A stretch of DNA of 64,000 nt, taken from Tepidamorphaceae bacterium. Lineage in GTDB: Bacteria; Pseudomonadota; Alphaproteobacteria; Rhizobiales; JAKSCL01. Location of the stretch: contig JANQPO010000014.1 of assembly GCA_028289445.1 (NCBI GenBank), forward strand, positions 467,944 through 531,943. The letters are read 5' to 3'. A program made the translations under genes and the position numbers. This document shows positions 49,331 to 59,782 of the stretch, one piece after another; the stretch's first letter is position 1; each line of letters starts with the position of its first letter. The notes beneath the pieces were generated by a model, which worked only from the letters and a program-made list of their open reading frames with translations, did no database searches and was not told the DNA's origin.

Positions 49331-50365
49331 TCAAATATCCAATTCATCGGGCAATGGCGCGAAATAGGCGTCGATCTGCTCGTCCGTGACGGCATCCAAA
49401 CGATCCGGATCCCATCGCGGTGCGTTGTCCTTGTCGATGATAACCGCGCGAACCCCTTCGAAAAACTCTTGGCCTTGAAGAACGCGGGACACAATGCGGA
49501 ATTCGGTCCGCATCGCATCCTCGAATGTCAGCGCCCGGCCGACGCGTAATTGGCGAAAGGCGATCTTCAAGCTGGTCGGCGATTTCGTCGCAAGCGTTTC
49601 GAATTGGACCTTCGCCCAGTCGCTGTCTTCAGCTTGCAATCGGTCGATGATCTCTTCGACGCTTTCGGCGGAGAAGCAGCGATCGATATCCGCCTCGCGC
49701 GCCGGAAGATCAGGAGGCGGTGCGGGATCTGCGAACTCCGAGATAATGGAATCGGTGTCGCCGGGTGCGGTCAGCGCATCGGTCAACTCACCGTGCCGGT
49801 CGCGCGGAACGATATGGGTCAAGACACCGACATGTCGGGCATCGGCCGTCTTGAGCCTGGCACCCGTGAGGCCCAGAAACAACCCTGTCTCGCCACGCAT
49901 GCGCGGCAGTACATAGGTCGCGCCGACATCGGGAAAGAGACCGATCCCGGTTTCCGGCATCGCGAAGGTGACGGCGTCCGTGCCGACACGATGGGAGCCG
50001 TGGACAGAGATCCCGACACCGCCACCCATGACGATCCCGTCGATCAGGGCGACATACGGTTTTGGAAAGCTCTTGATCGCGGCATTCAGCGTATATTCGA
50101 CACGATAGAAATCGCGCGCCCGGTCATCGCCGGCCCTGCCCCACTCATAAAGGTTCCGAATATCGCCGCCGGCGCAAAAGGCGCGCTCGCCTGCGGCGCG
50201 AATGACGACGCGCGACACGCCCGGATCGTCGCGCCATGCCGCCAACCGGCCGAGCATGGCGGCCGCCATATGGGCTGTCAGCGCGTTGAGGGCCTTCGGC
50301 CGATCAAGCGTGATGAGCCCAGCGACGCCCATGCGCTCGAAATGAATCTCCGCCGCCTCACCCAT
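49331..50365 (-). CDS. 3-hydroxyisobutyryl-CoA hydrolase (enoyl-CoA hydratase/isomerase family)
   Basis: ATG at 50365 (MGEAAEIHFERMGVAGLITLDRPKALNAL). It has the crotonase block FCAGGD and the long C-terminal HIBCH-type extension. The 116-codon Arg-rich extension in the track ORF was rejected. Confidence 0.85.
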   Translation of the reverse strand: MGEAAEIHFERMGVAGLITLDRPKALNALTAHMAAAMLGRLAAWRDDPGVSRVVIRAAGERAFCAGGDIRNLYEWGRAGDDRARDFYRVEYTLNAAIKSFPKPYVALIDGIVMGGGVGISVHGSHRVGTDAVTFAMPETGIGLFPDVGATYVLPRMRGETGLFLGLTGARLKTADARHVGVLTHIVPRDRHGELTDALTAPGDTDSIISEFADPAPPPDLPAREADIDRCFSAESVEEIIDRLQAEDSDWAKVQFETLATKSPTSLKIAFRQLRVGRALTFEDAMRTEFRIVSRVLQGQEFFEGVRAVIIDKDNAPRWDPDRLDAVTDEQIDAYFAPLPDELDI

Positions 50366-50367
50366 TG

Positions 50368-50745
50368 CTATGCGTGCCTCACCACGCGATCGCCGAACAG
50401 GAGGATCGCCGCAACGATGAGGCCGTATCCCCACAGCATCAACGCCCCGAAAGAGGCGGCCATCGCCGGATCGGCGTTCGGATAGAACAGCGAAAAGTTG
50501 AGGACAGCGGCGGAATCGAGAAGCAGACCCGGAATGGCGACACCGGCGGCGAAGCGGGCCACCTTGCCCGGCTCGCAAATGTATCGAACGAGAACCAGCG
50601 CCAGCACCCCGGCCAGCGGACCGCCCACCAGATAGACGATGGCATAGGTGGCCTGGTCGCTCGACAGAAGAACCGGCGCCCCGAGCCGAAACAGGATCGT
50701 CGCCGCCAGCCACGCAAGGAACCCGGTGATGAGGCCACGCCGCAT
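50368..50745 (-). CDS. hypothetical small integral membrane protein (125 aa, about 4 TM)
   Basis: ATG at 50745 is 6 nt after the acyl-CoA dehydrogenase stop. Its TAG is 2 nt before the hydrolase ATG. The product is hydrophobic, and the gene exactly fills the gap left after trimming the hydrolase start. Confidence 0.65.
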   Translation of the reverse strand: MRRGLITGFLAWLAATILFRLGAPVLLSSDQATYAIVYLVGGPLAGVLALVLVRYICEPGKVARFAAGVAIPGLLLDSAAVLNFSLFYPNADPAMAASFGALMLWGYGLIVAAILLFGDRVVRHA

Positions 50746-50751
50746 CCGCCG

Positions 50752-51891
50752 CTAATGCCCAAGAAGATCGCGGGAGATGATGACCCGCATGATTTCGTTC
50801 GTGCCCTCCAGGATCTGATGGACGCGAAGATCGCGCAGATAGCGCTCAACCTCGTAATCCATCAAATAGCCATAGCCGCCATGGAGCTGCAGTGCCGCGT
50901 TGACGATATCGAAGCCGCGATCTGTGGCGAACCGTTTGGCCATTGCGGCGTATCGGGTCTTTTCCGGCAGGTTGGTATCGAGCGCATGGGCGGCGCGATG
51001 GACCATCAGGCGCGCGGCGTCCAGCTCCGTTGCCATGTCGGCGAGCTTGAAACGCAACGCCTGGAACTCGGTCAGCGGCTTTCCGAACTGTTTGCGTTCG
51101 CCCATATAGGCCATCGCCTTGTCGAGGCAGGCCGCCGCGCCGCCCAGCGAACAGGCGGCGATGTTGATGCGGCCGCCGTCGAGGCCGGCCATTGCGAACT
51201 TGAACCCTTCGCCCTCCTCACCGATCCGATTGGTAACAGGAACGCGGCAGTTGTCGAAGTTGACGATGGCGGTCGGCTGACTGCGCCAGCCGAGTTTTTT
51301 CTCCGGAGCGCCGAAGGATAGCCCTTCGCTGCCCTTTTCGACGACAAGACAGGAGATGCCGCGCGGCCCCTCATCCCCTGTGCGCACCATGCAGACGTAG
51401 AGATCGGAGCTGCCAGCGCCGGAGATGAAGGCCTTCGAGCCGTTTAGAACATAGTGATCGCCGTCGCGTGTCGCCCGCGTGCGCAGGGCCGCCGCGTCGG
51501 AACCCGAGCCCGGCTCGGTCAGGCAATAGGACGCGATGAGGTCCATGGTGCTCATGGCAGGCAGGAAACGTTGGCGTTGCTCCTCATTGCCGAAGACGTC
51601 AATCATCCAGCCAGCCATGTTGTGGATGGAGACATAGGCGGCCGTCGACGGGCAGGCCCGCGCCATCTCTTCCATGATCAACGCCGCATCGAGGCGTGTC
51701 AGCGCGGAGCCGCCGACATCGTCGCGGACATAGATGCCACCGAAACCGAGTACTGCCGCCTTTCTCAAGGTCTCGACCGGAAAGATGCCGTCCTCGTCCC
51801 ACTTCGCGGCGTGCGGCGCCATTTCATCGCGCGCGAACTGCGCGGCGAGGTCGCGAAACTGAAGCTGGTCGGAATTCAGCGAGAAATCCAT
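50752..51891 (-). CDS. acyl-CoA dehydrogenase (isobutyryl-CoA dehydrogenase-like)
   Basis: 379 aa with ACAD signatures ([18 protein letters not shown]). Its context with the hydrolase and mmsB argues for a role in valine catabolism. Confidence 0.88.
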   Translation of the reverse strand: MDFSLNSDQLQFRDLAAQFARDEMAPHAAKWDEDGIFPVETLRKAAVLGFGGIYVRDDVGGSALTRLDAALIMEEMARACPSTAAYVSIHNMAGWMIDVFGNEEQRQRFLPAMSTMDLIASYCLTEPGSGSDAAALRTRATRDGDHYVLNGSKAFISGAGSSDLYVCMVRTGDEGPRGISCLVVEKGSEGLSFGAPEKKLGWRSQPTAIVNFDNCRVPVTNRIGEEGEGFKFAMAGLDGGRINIAACSLGGAAACLDKAMAYMGERKQFGKPLTEFQALRFKLADMATELDAARLMVHRAAHALDTNLPEKTRYAAMAKRFATDRGFDIVNAALQLHGGYGYLMDYEVERYLRDLRVHQILEGTNEIMRVIISRDLLGH

Positions 51892-52016
51892 GAAGGCAGC
51901 CCGGAGGTGGCAGTTAAGGTGACTTATCGGCCGGCCGGATCGGCGTCAATCCGGGGCCTGACGGCGATCAATGCGCCGTTTGAACGGACTTGCCAAGATG
52001 TGCGATAGTCGGATGA

Positions 52017-53072
<1,056 letters not shown>

Positions 53073-53228
53073 CCGGACGCCTTGCAAACGCCTGTTCCAG
53101 TGCCCATATCGTTGGTGAAGGACGGACCCGGCTCAATCACGATTACTCTATAAGATTCAATGTGTTGCGCGGCGATGCGTAAGTGTCTTCGGTCGCGTCA
53201 AAACGGAAATCGAATGAGGCAGAACAGA

Positions 53229-53693
53229 ATGAACAGTGCTCTTGAGCAAACCACTTATGAAGACGATGTCGTCGACTATCGCACGCTTCAGGGCGTGCGC
53301 ACGCGGCGCATTTTCGCCTTCCTGTTCGATTTCGCCGTGATCTCGCTCTTAAGCGTGCTCGGCGCCGTTTTCGTGTTCTTTCTGGGTATTCTCACTTTCG
53401 GCCTGGCGTTCGGTCTTTACGCTATTCTCGTTCCGGCGATCGCCCTGGTCTATTCCGGCACGACCCTGTCGGCGCCGGAGCACGCGACGATCGGGATGCG
53501 GATCGCCGGCTTGACGATGCGGATGAAGGGCGGCGGTGCGCCGGATTTCATCACCGGTGCGATTCACGCGGTGCTCTTTTATCTGTCGGTCTCGATCTTG
53601 ACGCCGTTCGTGCTCCTCTTCGCGCTGATCAATGGCGAGAAGCGGCTTTTGCACGACATCCTTTTGGGCACGGTCGTCATTCGCACCGATTAA
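53229..53693 (+). CDS. RDD family membrane protein
   Basis: TM-rich, with the R..A...D pattern ([13 protein letters not shown]) and C-terminal [11 protein letters not shown]. Three in-frame ATGs exist (53160, 53214, 53229). I chose 53229 because GAGG lies about 12 nt upstream. Confidence 0.75.
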   Translation: MNSALEQTTYEDDVVDYRTLQGVRTRRIFAFLFDFAVISLLSVLGAVFVFFLGILTFGLAFGLYAILVPAIALVYSGTTLSAPEHATIGMRIAGLTMRMKGGGAPDFITGAIHAVLFYLSVSILTPFVLLFALINGEKRLLHDILLGTVVIRTD

Positions 53694-53781
53694 TCGCCCA
53701 GGGGGCCGTTGCGACCGGTTCCATCACTCAACGTTTGCCCTATACTTGTCAGAAGGCACGAGTCTGACGACGGCAGGACCG

Positions 53782-54525
53782 GTGACGGAACTTTCGCGCA
53801 ACACTCCGCAATTCTACCTGACGGCGGCTTCGCCGTGCCCCTATCTGGCCGACAAGTTCGAGCGCAAGATCTTCACTCACCTCGTCGGCGAGCGCGCCAA
53901 TGAGTTGAACGACGTCTTGAGCCATGGCGGTTTCCGGCGCAGCCAGAACATCGCCTATCGGCCGGCCTGCGAGGCCTGTCGCGCCTGTGTTTCGGTGCGC
54001 GCGATCGTCGATGCATTCAAGCCGACACGGTCGCAGCGCCGGGTCTGGCAGCGCAATCGCGACGTGATCGGGATAGAGGTCGAGCCGGTCCCCACATCCG
54101 AGCAATTCGCGGTGTTTCGCACCTATCTCGACGACCGTCATCAGGACGGTGGGATGGCCGACATGACGGCGCTGGACTATGCGATGATGGTGGAGGACAC
54201 CTTCGTCGACACGCGGCTCATCGAATACAGGTTGCGCGACGCCGATAGCGGCGTGACCGGCAAGAGCAAGAGACCGCTGCTTGCGGTCGCGCTAACCGAC
54301 CGGCTCTCCGATGGCCTTTCCATGGTCTATTCGTTCTTTGTGTCCGACGAGGACCGGCGCAGCCTTGGAACCTACATGATCCTGGATCACATTCGCCGTG
54401 CGCGCGACCTTGGCCTGCCCTACCTCTATCTGGGCTATTGGGTCTCGGGCTCGCCGAAAATGGACTATAAGGCCAATTTCCGGCCGCAGGACCGCTTGGG
54501 ACCGTCAGGCTGGGTCAGGGTCTGA
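53782..54525 (+). CDS. bpt: arginyltransferase / aspartate-glutamate leucyltransferase (Ate/Bpt family, N-end rule)
   Basis: It has the blocks [12 protein letters not shown]...[18 protein letters not shown] and YLYLGYW. There is no in-frame ATG between the overlap with the RDD gene and the conserved region. I propose GTG at 53782 ([12 protein letters not shown]). Confidence 0.85.
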   Translation: MTELSRNTPQFYLTAASPCPYLADKFERKIFTHLVGERANELNDVLSHGGFRRSQNIAYRPACEACRACVSVRAIVDAFKPTRSQRRVWQRNRDVIGIEVEPVPTSEQFAVFRTYLDDRHQDGGMADMTALDYAMMVEDTFVDTRLIEYRLRDADSGVTGKSKRPLLAVALTDRLSDGLSMVYSFFVSDEDRRSLGTYMILDHIRRARDLGLPYLYLGYWVSGSPKMDYKANFRPQDRLGPSGWVRV

Positions 54526-56808
54526 TGCGTCCGATGGCGGCGTCGGTGCCGCCGGCTTATCGAAGCTGATGGGCCCGAACGTATTGGATTTCGGGAAGCC
54601 CTTGGGCGGCAGACGACCGGCCTGGGCCCGCTGGCCCTGCCATTCGGCGAAGTCCTCGACGGTCCAGTTGCGGCCTGATGAGTCGATCCACGAGAGACCA
54701 TCGGCGGCGTTGAAGCACTTGACGTCCGACAGTCCCCCATCGCGGTATTTTTGCAATCTGACACCGCGGCCGCGGCCCATTTCCGGCAAATCGGCCAGCG
54801 GAAATATCAAAAGCTTGCGGTTTTCGCCGATGCAGGCGACGGAGTCGCCAAGCACCGGCGCGCAGACTTTGGCCTCGATCGGCGCCGAAATGTTGAGCAC
54901 CTGCTTGCCTTTGCGGGTATTGGCGACGACATCCGCTTCCTTGACGACGAAGCCGCGCCCGTCGGTCGCTGCCACTAGTAGGCGGCGGCTCCGGTCGTGG
55001 ACGAATGCGGTGACCACGTCGACACCCGCCTCGATATCGATGATGAGGCGCACCGGTTCGCCATAGCCGCGCCCGCCCGGCAGACGATCGCCGGTGACCG
55101 TGAAGATCTTGCCGTTCGTCGCGAACACCAGGATCTTGTCCGTCGTCTCCGCTTTGAAGTGCAGCTTCAGACGATCGTCACCTTTGAACTGGATGTGACC
55201 GACATCGTCGAAGTGCCCTTTGAGTGCCCTGAGCCACCCCTTCTCCGACAGCACCACCGTGATCGGTTCGCGCTCGATCATGGCATGAGTCAGGTCGGCC
55301 TCGTCGGTTTCCGGCGCCTCATCGAATGTCGTTCTACGCTTACCTAAAGGCGTATCGGAGCCATAGATGGCGCAAATCTGGTCTAGCTGTTTGCTGATCA
55401 CACGCCACTGGCGGCCTTTCGAGTCCAACAACCCAACCAAATCCTCGCGTTCATCCGACAGATCCTGGAACTCGCGCCTGATCTCAATCTCTTCCAATTT
55501 GCGCAAGGCGCGCAGGCGCATATTGAGAATGGCTTCGGCTTGAACATCCGTAAGCTCGAACGCACTGATCAATTCCGCCTTTGCATCGTCCGCTTCGCGG
55601 ATAATCCGGATGACCTCATCGAGATTGAGATAGGCAATGAGGTATCCGCCAAGCACTTCCAGCCGGTGCTCGATCTTGTCGAGACGGAACCGTGCGCGGC
55701 GCTGTAAAACGTCCTGCTTGTGGTCGAGCCATTCGCACAGGATGTCGCGCAGACCCATCACCTTGGGTACGACGCCGCCCGACAGCACGTTCATGTTGAG
55801 CGAGACCCGGCTTTCCAAGTCGGTCGCCTTGAACAGCGATTCCATCAAGATGACGGGATCGACAGAGCGACTCTTCGGCTCAAGGACGATGCGCAGATCT
55901 TCCGCCGATTCGTCCCGGATATCGGCTAGAAGCGGCAGTTTACGTGCCAACAGGAGCTCAGCGATCTTCTCGATCAGCCGCGCTTTTTGCACCTGATAGG
56001 GAATCTCGGTGATAACCACGATATAGGTGCCGCGCCCGGTATCCTCGCGCTCCCATCTGGCGCGGACCCGGAAGCCGCCTCGACCGGTCTCATAGGCCTC
56101 GCGAATGGCGTCCGGCGGTTCCGTGATGATGCCGCCGGTCGGGAAATCCGGCCCCGGCACGGCCGCCAACAGGTCGTCGATCGGTGTCTTGCGGCTCTTG
56201 ATCAAGAGCTGCGCGGCCCGGCACAGCTCAGCGGCATTGTGCGGCGGGATCGACGTCGCCATGCCCACAGCGATGCCGGTCGCGCCGTTGGCGAGGAGAT
56301 TGGGGAAATCGCCCGGAAGGACAATCGGCTCCTTGTCTTCGCCGTCATAGGTTTCGCGGAAATCGACGGCGTCCTCGTCGATGCCGTCCAAAAGCCGACG
56401 CGCCGTCTCCGTCAGCCGCGCCTCCGTGTAGCGCATGGCGGCTGCGTTATCGCCGTCGATATTGCCGAAATTGCCCTGGCCGTCGACAAGCGGATAGCGG
56501 ACGGCGAAATCCTGGGCGAGCCGTACCAGCGCGTCATATACCGCCTGGTCGCCATGGGGATGGTATTTGCCGATGACATCGCCGACGACACGAGCGCACT
56601 TCTTGAAACCGGCGTCCGGATCGAGGCGCAGGAGGCGCATCGCATAAAGCAGACGCCGATGAACCGGCTTCAAGCCATCGCGCACATCAGGCAGGGCCCG
56701 ATGCATGATGGTCGACAGCGCGTAGGCCAGATAGCGCTCTTCCAGCGCTTCCTTTAGATTGATGACCTCGATTTCGCCGTCGCCGGGGGGAATCAGTGTG
56801 TCGCCCAT
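54505..56808 (-). CDS. parC: DNA topoisomerase IV subunit A
   Basis: 767 aa. It has the GyrA/ParC N-terminal domain with the catalytic Tyr context ([10 protein letters not shown]). The C-terminal beta-pinwheel is shorter than in GyrA and has no obvious GyrA box. Confidence 0.9.
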   Translation of the reverse strand: MGDTLIPPGDGEIEVINLKEALEERYLAYALSTIMHRALPDVRDGLKPVHRRLLYAMRLLRLDPDAGFKKCARVVGDVIGKYHPHGDQAVYDALVRLAQDFAVRYPLVDGQGNFGNIDGDNAAAMRYTEARLTETARRLLDGIDEDAVDFRETYDGEDKEPIVLPGDFPNLLANGATGIAVGMATSIPPHNAAELCRAAQLLIKSRKTPIDDLLAAVPGPDFPTGGIITEPPDAIREAYETGRGGFRVRARWEREDTGRGTYIVVITEIPYQVQKARLIEKIAELLLARKLPLLADIRDESAEDLRIVLEPKSRSVDPVILMESLFKATDLESRVSLNMNVLSGGVVPKVMGLRDILCEWLDHKQDVLQRRARFRLDKIEHRLEVLGGYLIAYLNLDEVIRIIREADDAKAELISAFELTDVQAEAILNMRLRALRKLEEIEIRREFQDLSDEREDLVGLLDSKGRQWRVISKQLDQICAIYGSDTPLGKRRTTFDEAPETDEADLTHAMIEREPITVVLSEKGWLRALKGHFDDVGHIQFKGDDRLKLHFKAETTDKILVFATNGKIFTVTGDRLPGGRGYGEPVRLIIDIEAGVDVVTAFVHDRSRRLLVAATDGRGFVVKEADVVANTRKGKQVLNISAPIEAKVCAPVLGDSVACIGENRKLLIFPLADLPEMGRGRGVRLQKYRDGGLSDVKCFNAADGLSWIDSSGRNWTVEDFAEWQGQRAQAGRLPPKGFPKSNTFGPISFDKPAAPTPPSDASDPDPA

Positions 56809-56938
56809 GAATCCGCACTACCGCGTTCCCCCCGCATTCTCAAGGGAATCGCCGCATTTGTGCGACACTTCCGGCGAATTCGTGGGGAATGGCGCGGTGC
56901 ATGGTTCACCTAAGGATTTCCGACGCTAATATCGCGCC

Positions 56939-57619
56939 ATGGCCGCATCCACCTCTCAAGCAATGCGAATTCTCGTCGTCGATGTCGGCGGCAACAATGT
57001 GAAGTTCCGATTTTCCGACGAACCGGAGATGTCCAAGTTCAAGTCCGGGAACTCCATGTCGCCCGACGACATGATCGCGCAGCTAATGGCCAAGATTGCC
57101 GGTGAGCGCTTCGATTGCGTCACAGTCGGCATCCCGGCGCCGGTTCGCGACAATCGCGTCATCAAAGAACCTTTCAATCTCGGACCGGGTTGGGTCGATT
57201 TCGATTTCGAGGCCGCGTTCGAACAGCCCGTCAAGGTCGTGAACGACGCGCTGATGCAGGCGCTCGGATCCTATGAGAGTGGGACAATGCTGTTCCTGGG
57301 GCTTGGGACCGGGCTCGGCGGCGCACTCGTCTTCGGCGGGACGGTGGCGCCGCTGGAAGTGGCTCACATGCCCTATAAGGACGGCAAATCTTTTGAAGAC
57401 TTTGTCGGCAAGCGCGGCCTCAAAGCGCTCGGGCGCGAAAAGTGGGAGGCTGCCGTTCACGACGTCGTGGACGTGCTGCGTCAGGGCCTTGTCGCCGATT
57501 CCGTCGTGTTGGGTGGCGGTAATGCCAAGCGGATCGAGATCCTCCCGCCGCACACCACGATTGGTGACAATGCCAATGCCTTCGCCGGCGGTTTCCGCTT
57601 GTGGGACGACTCTTCCTAG
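56939..57619 (+). CDS. ROK family protein (short, sugar-kinase-like)
   Basis: It has an N-terminal ATPase motif ILVVDVGGNNVKF and a second GLGTGLGGALV motif. At 226 aa it is shorter than classical ROK kinases and lacks the Zn-binding CxCGxxGC motif. The alternative start is ATG at 56963. Confidence 0.7.
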   Translation: MAASTSQAMRILVVDVGGNNVKFRFSDEPEMSKFKSGNSMSPDDMIAQLMAKIAGERFDCVTVGIPAPVRDNRVIKEPFNLGPGWVDFDFEAAFEQPVKVVNDALMQALGSYESGTMLFLGLGTGLGGALVFGGTVAPLEVAHMPYKDGKSFEDFVGKRGLKALGREKWEAAVHDVVDVLRQGLVADSVVLGGGNAKRIEILPPHTTIGDNANAFAGGFRLWDDSS

Positions 57620-57646
57620 TCAGAAAGCCGCTGCTGCAAGACAGCC

Positions 57647-57740
57647 GTCATCCCGGAAAACGCGATCAGCGGTTGTCCGGGATCGCTTCGACGGCGCCGT
57701 GATCAATCCCGGCGCTTCGCATTGCTCCGGCCGCGATGAC
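57647..57740. repeat. REP-like nested palindromic intergenic element
   Basis: Terminal inverted hexamers GTCATC...GATGAC enclose ATCCCGGA-(18 nt)-TCCGGGAT and further CCGG-rich half-sites. It resembles the GC-rich palindromic intergenic repeats common in Hyphomicrobiales. There is only one copy in this window. Confidence 0.5.
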
Positions 57741-57795
57741 AGGTAAGAAGGCGCCGTCGCGGCCGCCTCCGCCGCAGTGCTTGCCCTAACCTACC

Positions 57796-59592
57796 TCAGG
57801 CCGTGTGGTGGACCGGCGCCAGGCCGTAAACCGGGGTCGGCAGTTCTTCCATGCGCGCCTTCAACTGTAGCGACAGGAACTGCGAATAGTGGCGCGATTG
57901 GTGCAGATTGCCGCCATGGAACCACAGAGCCTCTTGCTGTGTCGGCTTCCACATATTGCGCAGTTCGCCCTCCCACGGGCCGGGATCCTTACGCGTGTCG
58001 GAGCCAAGCCCCCAGCATTTGCCCACCTTGTCGGCAACCTCCTGCGAGATGAGCTGTGCCGCCCAGCCATTCATCGACGAATAGCCGGTCGCGTAGACGA
58101 TCAGATCGGCATCGAGCTCATCGCCATCGCTGAAAACCACGGAATGCGGTTTGATTTCGGCAACTTCGGCACCGCTCTTGAGCTTGATCTTGCCGTCGGC
58201 GATGAGATCGGAAGCGCCGACATCGATGTAGTAGCCCGATCCGCGGCGCAGATACTTCATGAAGAGACCGGATTCGTCGTCGCCGAAATCGAGCATGAAG
58301 CCGGCTTTTTCCAAGCGCTCGTAGAGATCGGCATCGCGCACCTTCATCTCGGCATAGACCGGCTTTTGCAGGTCGGCCATGATCTTATAGGGCACGGACG
58401 CGAAGATCAGATCGGCCATATGGTGGTCGATTCCATTCGCAACGGCCTGTTCCGAATAAAGCGGCCCGAGTGCAAGATCCATGAGCGTCTCGGACTTGGC
58501 GATGTGGGTCGAGGACCGCTGGACCATGGTCACGTCGGCGCCCGCCTCCCACAAGGCCGCGCAGATGTCGTGGGACGAGTTGTTTGAGCCGATCACGATT
58601 GCCTTCTTACCGGCATAGGCGTCGGGACCCGGGTGCCGGCTTGAGTGGTGCTGATCGCCCTCGAACGTGTCGGCGCCCTTGAACTCCGGAACATTCGGCA
58701 CTGCCGACATACCGGTTGCAAGAACGAGCTGCTGCGGCCGCAGCGTCACTTCCTCGCCGTCGCGATCGACGACGACCGTCCATTCGCCTTTGGCGCCGTC
58801 ATAGGTGGCGCTTTTGCAGGTCGTGGAGCCCCAATAGTTCAGCTCCATGATCTTCGTATAGGACTCCAGCCAGTCGCCGATCTTGTCCTTCGGCGAAAAC
58901 ACCGGCCAGTCATCCGGAAACGGCAAATAAGGCAGATGGTCGTACCAGACCGGGTCGTGCAGGCAGAGCGACTTATAGCGCTTGCGCCAGGAATCGCCCG
59001 GCCGCTCGTTCTTCTCAACAATGACGGTCGGAACACCGAGCCGCCGCAGCCGCGCGCCAAGCGCGATGCCGCCCTGCCCGCCACCGATGATGACGACATA
59101 GGGCTGGCGCGAGTAACCAAGCTCCGTCGCCACTTCCTGGCGCCGTTCCAACCATGTCTTGCGCGCCTGGTCTGCCCCGTGCTCGACACCCATGTCGCGG
59201 CGCGAACCTTTATGCTCCTCATGACCCTTCAACTCGACCATGGTGGTGAGCAGTGTCCAGCACTTGTCGCCCTTTAGGCGAATGTGACCCTTGCCGCGAG
59301 CGAGCGCCGTCTCGAACGTGATCCAGGCTTCGGTCACACCTCCCGCCTCGGTCGCGTCGCCGTCGATCTGCCAATTGGACGGCTTGATCAGCGAAAGCTG
59401 CGTGCCGAGCATGTCTGCGATCTGCTCGCGCCCCTCGCATGTTTTGATGTTCCAGGTGAACGACACCAAATCCCGCCAATAGCTGTCATCATCGAACAGC
59501 GCCACAGCCGCATCGATGTCCGATGCTTCCAGAGCCGTGGAAAGCTCTGCCAGCCACGTCGTGACAGCTTCGGTCGGATTTGTATCGCTCAT
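57796..59592 (-). CDS. NAD(P)/FAD-dependent monooxygenase (flavin-containing/Baeyer-Villiger-like) with N-terminal NTF2/SnoaL-like domain
   Basis: ATG at 59592 is preceded by GGAGGC. It has the dinucleotide motifs VVIIGGGQGG and AIVIGSNNSS, plus about 150 aa of NTF2-like N-terminus (YWRDLVSFTWNI). Confidence 0.82.
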   Translation of the reverse strand: MSDTNPTEAVTTWLAELSTALEASDIDAAVALFDDDSYWRDLVSFTWNIKTCEGREQIADMLGTQLSLIKPSNWQIDGDATEAGGVTEAWITFETALARGKGHIRLKGDKCWTLLTTMVELKGHEEHKGSRRDMGVEHGADQARKTWLERRQEVATELGYSRQPYVVIIGGGQGGIALGARLRRLGVPTVIVEKNERPGDSWRKRYKSLCLHDPVWYDHLPYLPFPDDWPVFSPKDKIGDWLESYTKIMELNYWGSTTCKSATYDGAKGEWTVVVDRDGEEVTLRPQQLVLATGMSAVPNVPEFKGADTFEGDQHHSSRHPGPDAYAGKKAIVIGSNNSSHDICAALWEAGADVTMVQRSSTHIAKSETLMDLALGPLYSEQAVANGIDHHMADLIFASVPYKIMADLQKPVYAEMKVRDADLYERLEKAGFMLDFGDDESGLFMKYLRRGSGYYIDVGASDLIADGKIKLKSGAEVAEIKPHSVVFSDGDELDADLIVYATGYSSMNGWAAQLISQEVADKVGKCWGLGSDTRKDPGPWEGELRNMWKPTQQEALWFHGGNLHQSRHYSQFLSLQLKARMEELPTPVYGLAPVHHTA

Positions 59593-59782
59593 CGTCTGCC
59601 TCCCAATGTTATGGCCGGCACTTTTTTGTTGCCGGCCTCTTGGAGGCATCATTTCGCGTCGTGATTACGTTTGCAAGGCATCGCCTGACGGTCAAATCAC
59701 CGTGAGATCAGTCCAAGGCTTCTTTAAATCTTTTATGAAAGTCTAAACAAACTGCAGTGCATTGTATCAATTTGGAACCGCC

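Noticed and set aside
59613-59637. A hairpin (GGCCGGCA-cttttttgt-TGCCGGCC) as a terminator.
   Set aside because: It lies in the 5' leader of the monooxygenase gene and lacks a U-tract after the stem in either orientation. At most it is a leader structure, and it is mentioned under the islet finding.
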